Assembly: GCF_039541115.1 (NCBI RefSeq)
Contig: NZ_BAABFP010000005.1
Location: 496,001-560,000 of the forward strand
Length of the DNA: 64,000 nt
Direction: 5' to 3'
Origin: Angustibacter luteus
GTDB lineage: Bacteria > Actinomycetota > Actinomycetes > Actinomycetales > Angustibacteraceae
Shown: in pieces, positions 20,400 through 31,034 of the stretch
Layout: every line of letters begins with the position of its first letter
How positions within the stretch are numbered: position 1 is the stretch's first letter
Program-made: the position numbers and the translations under genes
The notes under the pieces: generated by a model
Databases searched by the model: none
The model's input: only the letters and a program-made list of their open reading frames with translations
What the model was told of the DNA's origin: nothing

Positions 20400-21361
20400 C
20401 CGGACACCTCCGCCACCGCTCGCAACCGGCGCACCACCGACGCGCGCAGCTCGTCCGGTTCGATGGCCAGCACCCCGGCGCCCAGGCCGACGAGCTCCTC
20501 GGCCAGCGACTCGACGTCCCCGAACTCGACCTCCACGACGTCCCAGCCGTCGTTCCCAGGCGCGATGGACTTCGCGCGGCGGCGCAGCGACTGCGCGGCC
20601 GTCGACCGGGCCCGCACCTGAGCGAGCTCCAGCGGGCGGTCCTGCACGCTCTCGCCGACCATGACGCGCGGCACGTGGTCGGCCGGTACCTCGTACTCCC
20701 CCGGCTCGCCGATCCGGACGACGTCGCCCTCGACGCGCGACAGCCGGTAGACGCGTGCTGCGCCTCGGGAGCGGTCGTGACCGGTCAGGTACCAGCGGCC
20801 GTTGCGGCTCGTGACTCCCCACGGCTCCACCTGGCGCTCGGCGACCTCGCCGGTCCGGGCGGTCCGGTACGTGAACCGGACCGGGACGCGGTCGCGGACG
20901 GCGCCCCACAGCGCGTCGAACGCAGGCTCGGCGGTGCGGATGCGCGGCTCCAGGCCGATCAGCGAGCCGTCGTCCTGCGGCGCACCGAGGGCGGTGAGCT
21001 TGGTCAGGGCGCGGGTCGCGGGTGCGGCCAGGCTGGCCTGCTGCCAGACGCGCGAGGCCAGGCCGAGGACGGCGAGCTCGTCCGGTTCGAAGACGACCTG
21101 CGGCAGCGCGTACGCCTCGCGGTCCACCCGGTAGCCGATCTCGTCCTCGAAGAGCGCGTCGTCGCTGCTGGTGACCAGCGGGATGCCCAGCTCGCGCAGC
21201 TCGTCCTTGTCGCGCTCGAACATGCGCTCGAACGCCTCGGTCGAGGTGTTACCGGCGTACTGGGGCACGGCCTGGCGGATCTGCGCCTTGGTGAGCGGGC
21301 GTGCGGTGCTCAGCAGGCAGATGACGAGGTTGAGCAACCGCTCGGTCTTGATGCTGGACAT
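20396..21361 (-). CDS. pafB: WYL-domain transcriptional activator PafB
   Basis: KTERLLNLVICLL, FERMFERDKDELRELGIP, VEPWG, WYLTG, YRLSRV. Confidence 0.92.
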   Translation of the reverse strand: MSSIKTERLLNLVICLLSTARPLTKAQIRQAVPQYAGNTSTEAFERMFERDKDELRELGIPLVTSSDDALFEDEIGYRVDREAYALPQVVFEPDELAVLGLASRVWQQASLAAPATRALTKLTALGAPQDDGSLIGLEPRIRTAEPAFDALWGAVRDRVPVRFTYRTARTGEVAERQVEPWGVTSRNGRWYLTGHDRSRGAARVYRLSRVEGDVVRIGEPGEYEVPADHVPRVMVGESVQDRPLELAQVRARSTAAQSLRRRAKSIAPGNDGWDVVEVEFGDVESLAEELVGLGAGVLAIEPDELRASVVRRLRAVAEVSG

Positions 21362-21418
21362 GGTCTCCTTCCCGGTGCGGACGGTACCGGACGACGGGGG
21401 TCTGGCTACCCTCGGCAC

Positions 21419-22522
21419 GTGACGATGGTGCGGTGGCGGCGCGGGACGGTCGTCGAGGTGGTTCGGCGGTGGACCGGGACGGTCGAGCTGGTGGTCGCGG
21501 TGGACGACGCGGCAACGTCGGTGCGGGCGCTGGCCTTCCCCGAGCTGGTCGGCGAGCCGGAGGTCGGCGACGAGGTGCTGCTGACCACGTCGGCCCTCGA
21601 GCGCGGGCTCGGCACCGGCGGCTTCGCGATGGTCGCCGCCGTGCCCGGTCGCCTGCCGGTCACGGCGGAGGACGCCGATGAGGCGGAGCCGGGGCACCTG
21701 GTGAAGGCGCGGTACACGCCCCTGCAGGCGATGGTCCTGGGCGTGGACGAGCAGGAGTCCCCGCACCACGAGGTGCTCCGCGACGCGGACGACCTCGCCG
21801 GGATGCCCGTGGTCGTGGCCGACCTGCACTCCGCCCTGCCGGCAGTCGTCGCCGGGCTGCGCACGGTCGCGCCCCACGCCCGGGTGGCCTACGTGATGAC
21901 CGACGGTGGCGCGCTCCCCGCGTGGTTCTCCCGCACGGTGGACGAGCTGCGCGCCGCGGGTTGGATCGACGGGTGCGTGTCCGTCGGGCAGGCCTTCGGC
22001 GGGGACGTCGAGGCCGTGACGGTGCACACCGGGCTGCTGGCCGCGCGGCTGGTGATGGGTGCTGATGTGGCCGTGGTCGCCCAGGGGCCTGGCAACCTCG
22101 GCACCGGGACGCGCTGGGGCTTCTCCGGGGTCGCCGCCGGCGAGGCCGTCAACGCGGCCGCAGTCCTCAACGGGCGACCGGTGGCGAGCCTGCGGGTGTC
22201 CCAGGCGGACGCGCGGGAGCGGCACCTCGGGGTGTCGCACCACAGCCTCACCGCCTACGGGCGGGTGGCGCTCGCGCCGTCCGACGTCGTCGTCCCCCTG
22301 CTCGGCGGCGAGCTCGGTGAGCGCGTCCGGCGGCAGGCCGCGGTGCTGGGCGCCCCGACGGGGCGGCACCGGCTCGTCGAGGTCGACTGCGACGGGCTGC
22401 TCGCGGCGTTGCGCGCGGCGCCCGTCCGGTTGTCCACGATGGGGCGCGGACTGGACGAGGACGCCGCCGCGTTCGTCGCGGCGGCGTCCTCCGGCGTGCA
22501 CGCGGCACGCCTCATCTCGTGA
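21419..22522 (+). CDS. DUF3866-type conserved protein
   Basis: LGTGG, GHLVKARYTPLQ, DLHSAL, YVMTDGGALP, GVSHHS, TMGRG. Confidence 0.8.
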   Translation: MTMVRWRRGTVVEVVRRWTGTVELVVAVDDAATSVRALAFPELVGEPEVGDEVLLTTSALERGLGTGGFAMVAAVPGRLPVTAEDADEAEPGHLVKARYTPLQAMVLGVDEQESPHHEVLRDADDLAGMPVVVADLHSALPAVVAGLRTVAPHARVAYVMTDGGALPAWFSRTVDELRAAGWIDGCVSVGQAFGGDVEAVTVHTGLLAARLVMGADVAVVAQGPGNLGTGTRWGFSGVAAGEAVNAAAVLNGRPVASLRVSQADARERHLGVSHHSLTAYGRVALAPSDVVVPLLGGELGERVRRQAAVLGAPTGRHRLVEVDCDGLLAALRAAPVRLSTMGRGLDEDAAAFVAAASSGVHAARLIS

Positions 22523-22525
22523 TCG

Positions 22526-22906
22526 TCAGCTGACGTCGACCAGGTCGACGACGAAGATCAGCGTCTCGCCGCCCTTGATCGCGCCGCCCGCGCCACGGTC
22601 GCCGTAGCCCAGGTGCGGCGGGATCGTGATGGTCCGGCGTCCGCCGACCCGCATCCCCTGCAGCCCCTGGTCCCAGCCCTGGATGACCTGGCCGACGCCG
22701 AGTTGGAAGCGCAGTGGTTCCCCGCGGTTCCACGAGGCGTCGAACTCCTCGCCGGTGGAGTGCGCGACCCCGACGTAGTGCGCCAGCACCGTGCTGCCGG
22801 CCACCGCCTCGGTGCCCTCGCCGACGATCTGGTCCTCGAGGACGAGCTCCGTCGGCGGCTCGTCACCGGGGAACTCGATCTCGGGCTTGGTGCGGTCGAA
22901 CGCCAT
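22526..22906 (-). CDS. FKBP-type peptidyl-prolyl isomerase
   Basis: HYVGV, EEFDASWNRG, VIQGWDQG, IPPHLGYG. Confidence 0.95.
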   Translation of the reverse strand: MAFDRTKPEIEFPGDEPPTELVLEDQIVGEGTEAVAGSTVLAHYVGVAHSTGEEFDASWNRGEPLRFQLGVGQVIQGWDQGLQGMRVGGRRTITIPPHLGYGDRGAGGAIKGGETLIFVVDLVDVS

Positions 22907-22956
22907 GGCGGGTCCTCTCGTTGAGCGAGTCGGAGTGGGTCGTGCGGGTGGTTGCG

Positions 22957-23934
22957 TCAGTGCGCGTCGAGGATGTCGACGACGAACACGAGGCTGTCGG
23001 TGCCCTTGATCCCGGCGTTGGCGTTGCCGGCCTTGCCGTAGCCGTCGGCCGGCGGGATGACCAGGAGGACGCGGCTGCCGATGGTCTGGCCCGTGAGGCC
23101 CTTGTCGAAGCCGGGGATGGTGCCGCCGGTGCCGACGGGGAAGTCTGCGGTGGTGCCGCGGGAGAACGAGGAGTCGAAGACCTTGGTGGAGCCGAAGATC
23201 TGCCCGACGTAGTTGACGGTGACGGTCTGCCCGGCCTTGACCGCGGCGCCCTTGCCCTTGATGAGCGGCTGAGCGATGGTCTTGGTCGGGGCCTTCGCGC
23301 CGGCGACCATCGTGATGGTCGGGGCCTTGCCGTCGCCGTTGTCCTTCACGGTGGGCAGGCCGGCCGGCGGGGTGACGGCGTCACCGGTCGGCTTGGTCAG
23401 CGGGGTGCTCGCGGACTTCACGTCGAGGACGAAGATCAGGCCGTCCTCCTTGGCGAAGCCGAGCTCGGCGTTGGTCTGGTCGGCGAAGCCGTCCTGCGGC
23501 GCGATACCGGCCAGGACGCGCGAGCCGACCTTCTGCCCGATCAGGCTGACGGCCAGGCCCGGCATCAGCTGCTGCGGGTCCGCCACGAAGGTGGCTGGGG
23601 TCTTGCCGAACGAGGTGTCGGCCTCCTTGCCGTCCTTCGCGTTCAGCAGGACGTAGTCGACGGTGACCCGCTGCCCGGAGGTGACCTTGGCGCCGGTGCC
23701 CTCGGAGATGACCTTGGTGCCGGTGCGGGTGAGCACCGTCGGGGTCGAGGCCAGCTTGACGGTCGGCTTCTCGCCGAACTTGCCGGTGACCGTCACGTCC
23801 TTCAGTGCGGCCGGCGTGCCCTGGGCAGCCGTGGAGGACGACGAAGCGGCCGGCTTGTCAGCACTGGCGCAGCCCGCGAGGAGCAGGGCGGGGACGGCCA
23901 GGGCAGCGGCGAGTCGGGGCAGGGCAGGGCGCAC
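22957..23934 (-). CDS. Two-domain FKBP-type PPIase lipoprotein
   Basis: Lipobox LAGC; FDSSFSRG, IPGFDKGL, IPPADGYG. Confidence 0.9.
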   Translation of the reverse strand: MRPALPRLAAALAVPALLLAGCASADKPAASSSSTAAQGTPAALKDVTVTGKFGEKPTVKLASTPTVLTRTGTKVISEGTGAKVTSGQRVTVDYVLLNAKDGKEADTSFGKTPATFVADPQQLMPGLAVSLIGQKVGSRVLAGIAPQDGFADQTNAELGFAKEDGLIFVLDVKSASTPLTKPTGDAVTPPAGLPTVKDNGDGKAPTITMVAGAKAPTKTIAQPLIKGKGAAVKAGQTVTVNYVGQIFGSTKVFDSSFSRGTTADFPVGTGGTIPGFDKGLTGQTIGSRVLLVIPPADGYGKAGNANAGIKGTDSLVFVVDILDAH

Positions 23935-24033
23935 GAGGATGAACCTTTGGTCGGGGGATGTCGAGACAGCCTAACCCGCCTCCCTGGGAGTTCCCTTGGA
24001 GCGGTGTGTCCGAAACGTGGAGAACCCGCGGGC

Positions 24034-25395
24034 TCACATGCTCGCGATGAGCCGGTCCACCCGCTCGTCCGTGCTGGCGAACGGGTCCTTGCAGAGCACC
24101 GTGCGCTGCGCCTGGTCGTTCAGCTTCAGGTGCACCCAGTCGACCGTGAAGTCACGGCGCTGCTCCTGCGCCCGGCGGACGAAGTCGCCGCGCAGCTTCG
24201 CCCGGGTGGTCTGCGGCGGCACCGACTTGGCCTCGAAGATCTCGATGTCGCTGGCGACCCGCTCCACCCGGCCCGCGCGCTCCAGCAGGTAGTAGAGGCC
24301 CCGACGGCGGTGGATGTCGTGGTAGGCGAGGTCCAGCTGCGCGATCCGGGGGTGGGACAGGTCCATCCCGTGCTTCGCCTGGTACCGCTCGATCAGGCGC
24401 AGCTTGATGGCCCAGTCGATCTCGCGATCGATCAGCGACAGGTCGGCCGTGTCGACGGCGGTCAGCGTCCGCCGCCACAGCTCGAGCACCGCCTTGTGCG
24501 ACGGGCTGGTGGGGCCGCGGCGGTCGACGAAGTCCTGCGCCCGGTCCAGGTACTCGGTCTGGATCTCCAGCGCGGAGAGCTCTCGGCCGTTGGCCAGCCG
24601 GACCTTCTTGCGTCCGGTGACGTCGTGGCTGATCTCGCGGATCGCCCGGATCGGGTTCTCCAGCGTGAGGTCCCGCATGACGACGCCGGCCTCGATCATC
24701 TGCAGCACGATGTCGGCGGAGCCGAGCTTGAGCAGTGTCGTGCTCTCGCTCATGTTGGAGTCGCCGACGATGACGTGCAGGCGACGGTGGTGCTCGGCGT
24801 CCGCGTGCGGCTCGTCCCGGGTGTTGATGATCGGACGCGAGCGGGTGGTGGCGCTCGACACGCCCTCCCAGATGTGGTCCGCGCGCTGGCTGACGCAGTA
24901 GATCGCGCCACGAGGGGTCTGCAGCACCTTGCCCGCTCCGCAGATGATCTGCCGGCTGACCAGGAACGGGATCAGCACGTCCGACAGGCGCTGGAAGTCG
25001 CCGTGCCGGGAGACGAGGTAGTTCTCGTGGCAGCCGTAGCTGTTGCCGGCCGAGTCCGTGTTGTTCTTGAACAGGTAGACCTCGCCGGCGATGCCCTCGT
25101 CCTTCAGGCGCTGCTGCGCGTCGGCGACCAGGCCCTCGAGGATCCGCTCCCCCGCCTTGTCGTGCACCACGGCCTGGCGCAGGTCGTCGCACTCCGGTGT
25201 CGCGTACTCGGGGTGCGAGCCGACGTCCAGGTACAGCCGCGCGCCGTTGCGCAGGAAGACGTTGCTGGACCGGCCCCAGGACACCACGCGGCGGAACAGG
25301 TAACGGGCCACCTCGTCGGGGCTCAGGCGGCGCTGACCTTCGAACGAGCACGTCACCCCGTACTCGTTCTCGATCCCGAAGATACGTCGGTCCAC
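24034..25395 (-). CDS. pafA: Pup--protein ligase
   Basis: [47 protein letters not shown]. Confidence 0.97.
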   Translation of the reverse strand: MDRRIFGIENEYGVTCSFEGQRRLSPDEVARYLFRRVVSWGRSSNVFLRNGARLYLDVGSHPEYATPECDDLRQAVVHDKAGERILEGLVADAQQRLKDEGIAGEVYLFKNNTDSAGNSYGCHENYLVSRHGDFQRLSDVLIPFLVSRQIICGAGKVLQTPRGAIYCVSQRADHIWEGVSSATTRSRPIINTRDEPHADAEHHRRLHVIVGDSNMSESTTLLKLGSADIVLQMIEAGVVMRDLTLENPIRAIREISHDVTGRKKVRLANGRELSALEIQTEYLDRAQDFVDRRGPTSPSHKAVLELWRRTLTAVDTADLSLIDREIDWAIKLRLIERYQAKHGMDLSHPRIAQLDLAYHDIHRRRGLYYLLERAGRVERVASDIEIFEAKSVPPQTTRAKLRGDFVRRAQEQRRDFTVDWVHLKLNDQAQRTVLCKDPFASTDERVDRLIASM

Positions 25396-25429
25396 GGGGC
25401 TCCCTCCTGCGCTCGGGCCTTCACCCACC

Positions 25430-25960
25430 CTACGTCGGCTCGGTCGAACCCGCCGGGACCTCGCGCCGCATCACCTGCAGCGTGATGCCGCGGTCGTCCT
25501 GCCGGGTCTCCTGGTCCACGTAGCCGTGCCGGCGGTAGAACGCCAGGTTGGACTGCGAGCTGCCGCCGGTCCACAGCTCGAAGCGGCGCACTCCGAGGCC
25601 TGCGGCGAGGTCGTGCAGCGCCTGAACCAGCAGGCTGCCCAGGCCGCGACCCTGCACGTCCGGCGCCACCACGATGCGCCCGACGACGGCGGCCAGGCCC
25701 TCGGGGTCGACCACGAGCCGCGCCGAGCCGAGCAGCCGGCCGGGCCGGCCCTCGGTCTCGTCGACGGCGACGGCGACCACGACGTGCGTGCGTGGGTCCC
25801 CGATCGCCCGCCGGACGTCGTCCGGGGTGTCCCGCAGGGGTTGGATGTCGGGCTCGCCGTACAGCTGCGCCTCGGCGACGAAGGCCGCGCGTTGCAGTGT
25901 CAGCACCTCGCCGGTGTCGGACGAGGTGGCCGGACGGAGCTGGACCGCAGGCGTCGCCAT
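25430..25960 (-). CDS. GNAT acetyltransferase
   Basis: [22 protein letters not shown]. Confidence 0.85.
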   Translation of the reverse strand: MATPAVQLRPATSSDTGEVLTLQRAAFVAEAQLYGEPDIQPLRDTPDDVRRAIGDPRTHVVVAVAVDETEGRPGRLLGSARLVVDPEGLAAVVGRIVVAPDVQGRGLGSLLVQALHDLAAGLGVRRFELWTGGSSQSNLAFYRRHGYVDQETRQDDRGITLQVMRREVPAGSTEPT

Positions 25961-26083
25961 GGAGCCGACGGTAGCGGCCACCGCTCACGGGCGACGCTGC
26001 GGCGGGTTCGCCGACGGCGCAACCGTTGCGCTGCGGGCGAACCGGGCGTGACAGCCGCCGGCGGACCCTGGTCTGCTGACCGC

Positions 26084-27091
26084 ATGACGAAGCTGCTGGT
26101 GCTCGGTGGGACGGCGTGGCTCGGTCGGGAGGTGGCCCGGGCGGCGGTCTCCCGTGGTGACGAGGTGACGTGCCTGGCGCGCGGGGAGTCGGGACAACCC
26201 GCCGACGGTGTCGCCTGGGTCGCCGCGGACCGGACCCGCGCCGACGCCTACGACGCGGTGCGCACGAGTGACTGGGACGCCGTGGTCGACGTGTCGTGGC
26301 AGCCGGGGATGGTGCGCTCGGCGCTCGCCGCGCTCGGTGACCACGCCGGCCACTGGGCGTACGTGTCGTCCTGCTCCGTGTACGCCAGTCACGGCCAGGT
26401 GGACGCCGGCGAGAGCGCCGAGCTGCTGCGCGCGCTGGAGGGCGACACCGCGACCCGGGAGGAGTACGGCGAGGCCAAGGTGGCCTGCGAGATCGCCTGC
26501 CGGGACTCCGTCGGCGGCCGCCTGCTGGTGGCCCGGTCCGGGTTGATCGGTGGCTACGGCGACCCGAGCGACCGGTTCGGCTACTGGCCGGGGCGTTTCG
26601 CGCGGGCCGCGGCCGGGGCGGTCCCAGTTCTCGTGCCCGACGTGCTCGAGGCGCGGACCCAGACCTGCGACGTCCGCGACCTCGCGGAGTGGCTGGTGCG
26701 CGCGGGTTCGGCGGGAACCACCGGGACGTTCAACGCGCCTGGGGCGCGGCACTCGTTCGGCGAGGTGCTCGATGCCTGCCGCGTCGCGACCGGGTACGAC
26801 GGGGCGGTTGAGCTCGTGCCGCCGGCCTGGCTGCGGGAGCAGGAGGTCGGGGAGTACATGGGGCCGCGGTCGGTCCCGCTGTGGATCGGCGACCCGGACT
26901 GGCAGGGCTTCAGCGCGCGGGACGGCTCGGCCGCAGTGGCGGCGGGGCTGACTCACCGCCCGCTGCTGGACCTCGTCGAGCAGTCGTTGCGCTGGGAGCG
27001 CGAGCTCGGTCTCACCCGTGAGCAGCGCAAGGCCGGGCTGTCGGCCGACGAGGAAGACGAGCTGCTGCAGCGCTGGGGTGCTGTCGCCTAG
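26084..27091 (+). CDS. NAD-dependent epimerase/dehydratase family
   Basis: LVLGGTAWLG, YVSSCSVY, YGEAK, DVRDLA. Confidence 0.85.
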   Translation: MTKLLVLGGTAWLGREVARAAVSRGDEVTCLARGESGQPADGVAWVAADRTRADAYDAVRTSDWDAVVDVSWQPGMVRSALAALGDHAGHWAYVSSCSVYASHGQVDAGESAELLRALEGDTATREEYGEAKVACEIACRDSVGGRLLVARSGLIGGYGDPSDRFGYWPGRFARAAAGAVPVLVPDVLEARTQTCDVRDLAEWLVRAGSAGTTGTFNAPGARHSFGEVLDACRVATGYDGAVELVPPAWLREQEVGEYMGPRSVPLWIGDPDWQGFSARDGSAAVAAGLTHRPLLDLVEQSLRWERELGLTREQRKAGLSADEEDELLQRWGAVA

Positions 27092-27104
27092 CCGGTCTGG
27101 GGGT

Positions 27105-27860
27105 TCAGCTGTCGTCCGGCTGACCCGGCCGCTCGTCGACGTGCGGGACGTCGCTCGTCGGGTCGCTCGGGCTCAGCAGCCGCTCCAGCAGGTCACCGGT
27201 GATCCGGCGGAACAGGCGGCGGTCGCGCTGCCGGTCCAGCACCGCGGCCTCGATGACCTCGGGGCCGAGGACGCGCGGCTCGCCGCCGGCCGGGTCGACC
27301 CCCAGCAGCTCGACCGCCAGCGACAGCGCCTCACCCAGGGTCAGGTCCGGGCGCCAGCGCTCCTCGAGCCCGGTGATGATCGCCTCAGGCTGACCGCCCA
27401 TGGCGACGAAGCCCTGCTCGTCCGCGACGGAGCCGTCGTAGGTGATCCGGTAGATCTGGTCGCCCTCGGGCCGCTGGGCGACCTCGGCGACGACGATCTC
27501 GACCTCGTACGGCTTGGACTCCTGGGTGAACACGGTCCCGAGGGTCTGCGCGTAGGCGTTGGCCAGGCCGCGGGCCGTCACGTCGCTGCGGTCGTAGGAG
27601 TAGCCGCGCAGGTCGGCGTACCGGACTCCGGCCACCCGCAGGTTCTCGAACTCGTTGTACTTGCCGACAGCGGCGAAGGCGACGCGGTCGTAGATCTCGC
27701 TGACCTTGTGCAACGCCCGCGAGGTGTTCTCGGCGACGAAGGCGATCCCGCCGTCGTACCCCAGGACGACGGCCGACCGGCCGCGCGCGATCCCCTTGCG
27801 CGCGTAGTCGGCCCGGTCCTTCATGAGCTGCTCGGGCGAGACGTAGAACGGCATGCTCAT
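27105..27860 (-). CDS. prcA: 20S proteasome alpha subunit
   Basis: [35 protein letters not shown]. Confidence 0.97.
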   Translation of the reverse strand: MSMPFYVSPEQLMKDRADYARKGIARGRSAVVLGYDGGIAFVAENTSRALHKVSEIYDRVAFAAVGKYNEFENLRVAGVRYADLRGYSYDRSDVTARGLANAYAQTLGTVFTQESKPYEVEIVVAEVAQRPEGDQIYRITYDGSVADEQGFVAMGGQPEAIITGLEERWRPDLTLGEALSLAVELLGVDPAGGEPRVLGPEVIEAAVLDRQRDRRLFRRITGDLLERLLSPSDPTSDVPHVDERPGQPDDS

Positions 27861-28714
27861 CGGTCGCTCCCCTCCCCGCGCTGGAGTGCGCCGCCGGGAT
27901 CGCCTCGGCGCCCGGCGACCACCTGCTGGACGACCGCACCGAGGGTGTCGTCGTCCACCCGCCGGTAGCCCTCGACGTCCACGACGCCGACGACGGGCCA
28001 GATCTGCCGGTTGAGGTCCGGGCCACCGGTGGCCGAGTCGTCGTCCGCGGCGTCGTAGAGCGCCTCCACAGCGAACCGCACCGCCTGCTCGGACGTCAGG
28101 CCGGGGCGCCACATCTTCTTCAGGGCGCCGCGGGCGAACAGCGAGCCCGAGCCCACCGAGTGGTGGTGGTGCTCGCGGTAGCAGCCGCCGGTGACGTCGT
28201 AGCTGTAGATGCGACCCTGCCGGACGTCGACGTCGTAGCCGGCGAACAGCGGGACCACGGCGAGTCCCTGCATGGCGAGCCCGAGGTTGTTGCGGAGCAT
28301 GGTCGCGAGCCGGTTGGCCTTGCCCTCCAGGGAGAGCAGCGTGCCCTCGATCTTCTCGTAGTGCTCGAGCTCGACCTGGAAGAGCTTGACCAGCTCGATG
28401 GCGAGGCCTGCGCTGCCGGCGATGCCGACGCAGGAGTACTCGTCGGTGCCGAACACCTTCTCGATCTCGCGGTTGGCGATCATGCTGCCCATCGTCGCCC
28501 GGCGATCGCCGCCCATCACGACGCCGCCGTCGAACTCGACGGCCACGATCGTGGTGCCGTGCGGGATGTCTGGCACGGTGCCCGGGGGCAGCGCGCGGCC
28601 CGCCGGGAGCATCGTCGGGGCGTGCGCGGACAGGAAGTCGGTGAAGGACGACGACCCCGGCGAGGTGAACGCGCGTGGGAGTCGGCCGGCCGGATCGCGC
28701 TGGTCTGGGCTCAC
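27857..28714 (-). CDS. prcB: 20S proteasome beta subunit
   Basis: Propeptide [16 protein letters not shown] autocleavage site, [18 protein letters not shown]. Confidence 0.96.
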   Translation of the reverse strand: MSPDQRDPAGRLPRAFTSPGSSSFTDFLSAHAPTMLPAGRALPPGTVPDIPHGTTIVAVEFDGGVVMGGDRRATMGSMIANREIEKVFGTDEYSCVGIAGSAGLAIELVKLFQVELEHYEKIEGTLLSLEGKANRLATMLRNNLGLAMQGLAVVPLFAGYDVDVRQGRIYSYDVTGGCYREHHHHSVGSGSLFARGALKKMWRPGLTSEQAVRFAVEALYDAADDDSATGGPDLNRQIWPVVGVVDVEGYRRVDDDTLGAVVQQVVAGRRGDPGGALQRGEGSDR

Positions 28715-29454
28715 CTGGGCGACCCTACCCGGCGGTGGATCACCCGCTCGATCATCGACTCCACAACGGAGTCCGGACGCCGCCAGGACCGCGATTGCCA
28801 GTCGACGTAACCAGGTAGCACTACCGACGGAGCCGTCAGCGTGCCGTTGAGGTACTCGGCGGCGCGATCGAGGCGCGTCACCTCGTCGGAGAAGTTGCCC
28901 AGACCAGCGTTGCAGGTGAAGCACAGCAGAGCACGCACTCTGCCGGTGGCATGGTCGTGATCGACGTGGGCGTTCTCTCCCAAGGGCCGGAGGCAGATCG
29001 GGCAGAGACCAGCCTGGCGCGTGTGCATGAGATCGGCATCCTCAGCCGTGATGCCGTACCGCCGGATCAGGTGGTACGAACGAGATCCGCCGTGGAGTCG
29101 TTCCTTGGACGCCCTACCGCGTTGGTTGTGATGAAGCTTGCAGTACACGCCGAAGCCGGACACCGTTCCTCGATGTCTGGGAAACGCGTCCTCGCTTCTG
29201 AACTCTTCACAGTCCGGACACCATCGCTGGCCATCGGGGGCGTCGCGCGCCTCGCGCACCTTCTTACCCGCAGCGGCACGGCGCCTTCGATAGCTCGCCT
29301 TGTTGATGGCTTGAAAGCAATCTCGGCAGTACTCAGCCAAACCGTCGCCACGAGACGCATTGTTACCGAAGCTGGCGATGGGCTTCTCCTGGGTACAACG
29401 GCGGCACAACTTCGAGAGAACCACCGGCCTCCGTTCGTCCGAGGCCTCGTTCAT
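28711..29454 (-). CDS. Endonuclease VII-family (His-Me) nuclease with N-terminal Zn-finger motifs; candidate free-standing homing endonuclease
   Basis: CPIC...[40 protein letters not shown]; visibly more AT-rich codons than neighbours; overlaps pup stop and prcB start. Confidence 0.85.
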   Translation of the reverse strand: MNEASDERRPVVLSKLCRRCTQEKPIASFGNNASRGDGLAEYCRDCFQAINKASYRRRRAAAGKKVREARDAPDGQRWCPDCEEFRSEDAFPRHRGTVSGFGVYCKLHHNQRGRASKERLHGGSRSYHLIRRYGITAEDADLMHTRQAGLCPICLRPLGENAHVDHDHATGRVRALLCFTCNAGLGNFSDEVTRLDRAAEYLNGTLTAPSVVLPGYVDWQSRSWRRPDSVVESMIERVIHRRVGSPR

Positions 29455-29648
29455 TGGCCGCCCTTTTGCACGAAGCTGCGCACAAAATCTTCGGCATTGG
29501 CTTCCAAAACTTCGTCGATCTCGTCCAGGACGGAGTCGATGTCGTCGTCCAGCCCCTCCTTGGTCGCCGCACCGGCCGGGATGGGCGCCGGGGCCTCGTC
29601 GGGCTCGTCGTCGCGACGCTGCGGGCGCTGCTGCTCCTGACCGGGCAT
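29451..29648 (-). CDS. pup: Prokaryotic ubiquitin-like protein Pup
   Basis: [34 protein letters not shown]. Confidence 0.97.
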   Translation of the reverse strand: MPGQEQQRPQRRDDEPDEAPAPIPAGAATKEGLDDDIDSVLDEIDEVLEANAEDFVRSFVQKGGQ

Positions 29649-29810
29649 GACGTCCTCCTGGGGGTGAGTGCTCCGAGTTCCACCCTAGTCGCGGGTGCTG
29701 ACACCCGTGTGGTTCAACGCGGGATCTCGCCTGGCGAGCCACCCGCGCGCGCGATCCAACACAGGCGTATCGTCCCGCATGGCAAGACCACCATCCCGAG
29801 GAGTGAGATC

Positions 29811-31034
29811 GTGCACGCGTCGCGCCAGCGCTGGCTGGTCCTCGCCGTCGGGCTGTTCGCCCAGACGTCGGCGTCCAGCCTGGTCTACGGCGTGCCGTTC
29901 CTCGTCCCGGCGCTCCGCGACCAGGACGGGCTCACGCTCGCCCAGGCCGGCGCCCTCGTCTCGGCCCCCGTCACCGGACTGCTCGTCGCCCTCATCGCCT
30001 GGGGCGCCCTTGCCGACCGGTACGGCGAGCGCGTCGTGATGGCCAGCGGCCTCGCCATCACCACCGTGGCCACCGCCGTGGTGGGGGTGAGCGAGCCGAC
30101 GCTGCGGACCGCGGCCGCCTGGCTCTTCGTCGCGGGCATCGGCGGCGCCAGCGTCAATGCGGCCAGTGGTCGCCTCGTCATGGGCTGGTTCGCCCGCGAC
30201 CAGCGCGGCCTGGCCATGGGGATCCGGCAGACCGCCCAACCGCTCGGCGTCGCGGTCGCTGCCGCCACGCTGCCCAGCCTCGCCGCCGACGTCGGTGTCA
30301 CCCGTGCGCTCCTGCTGCCTGCGACCCTCTGCGGGCTGGCCGCGCTGCTGGTCACCGCCCTCGCCGTGGACCCTCCCCGACCGCCGCTCGACGCCGACGC
30401 ACCGAAGCCCGCGTCCCCCTATCGCGAGCCCGTGCTCTGGCGGCTGCACACCGCCAGCGCGCTGCTGGTGCTCCCCCAGTTCGCGATCGCCGCCTTCTCC
30501 GTCGAGTACCTCGTCCGCGAGCAGCACTGGCACGCGGCCAGCGCCGGGGCGTTCGTCGCCGCGCTGCAGGTCTGCGGGGCGGTCGGACGCATCGGCACGG
30601 GGATCTGGTCCGACGCCGTCGGCAGCCGGCTGCGGCCGATGCGCCAGCTCGCCCTCGCCAGCGCGACCGTGATGCTGGTTCTGGCCGCCGGCGACGCCTG
30701 GGCGGGGTGGCTGGCGGTCGCCGCCATCGCCATCGGGTCGATGGTGACCGTCGCGGACAACGGCCTCGCGTTCACCGCCACCGCGGAGATCGCTGGCCAG
30801 CGCTGGGCCGGCCGCGCGCTGGGCATCCAGAACACCGGGCAGAACGTCGTCGCCTCCGCCGCTCCCCCGCTGCTGGGTGCCCTGGTCGGCGCCCGCGGCT
30901 ACGCCGTCGGCTTCGCGGTCGTCGCGCTGTTCCCGCTGGTCTCGTACGTCGTGACTCCGGTGGCCGCCGAGGACCGGCGCCGGGCGCGGGCCGAGCGACG
31001 CGAACCGGTCAGCGGGCCGCCAGCGCGGCCATGA
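29811..31034 (+). CDS. MFS transporter
   Basis: [26 protein letters not shown], about 12 TM helices. Confidence 0.9.
   Translation: MHASRQRWLVLAVGLFAQTSASSLVYGVPFLVPALRDQDGLTLAQAGALVSAPVTGLLVALIAWGALADRYGERVVMASGLAITTVATAVVGVSEPTLRTAAAWLFVAGIGGASVNAASGRLVMGWFARDQRGLAMGIRQTAQPLGVAVAAATLPSLAADVGVTRALLLPATLCGLAALLVTALAVDPPRPPLDADAPKPASPYREPVLWRLHTASALLVLPQFAIAAFSVEYLVREQHWHAASAGAFVAALQVCGAVGRIGTGIWSDAVGSRLRPMRQLALASATVMLVLAAGDAWAGWLAVAAIAIGSMVTVADNGLAFTATAEIAGQRWAGRALGIQNTGQNVVASAAPPLLGALVGARGYAVGFAVVALFPLVSYVVTPVAAEDRRRARAERREPVSGPPARP

Noticed and set aside
22714..25485. 923-aa plus-strand ORF
   Set aside because: Antisense shadow of the FKBP genes and pafA
28711..29454. Endonuclease as part of an intron, intein or IS element
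   Set aside because: pup and prcB are each intact and contiguous, there is no flanking non-coding space for a ribozyme, and no intein motifs or terminal repeats were seen
29455..29742. N-terminal extension of the endonuclease ORF across pup (343-aa call)
   Set aside because: Off-frame overlap of pup with no RBS; the ATG at 29454 overlapping the pup stop is the more plausible start
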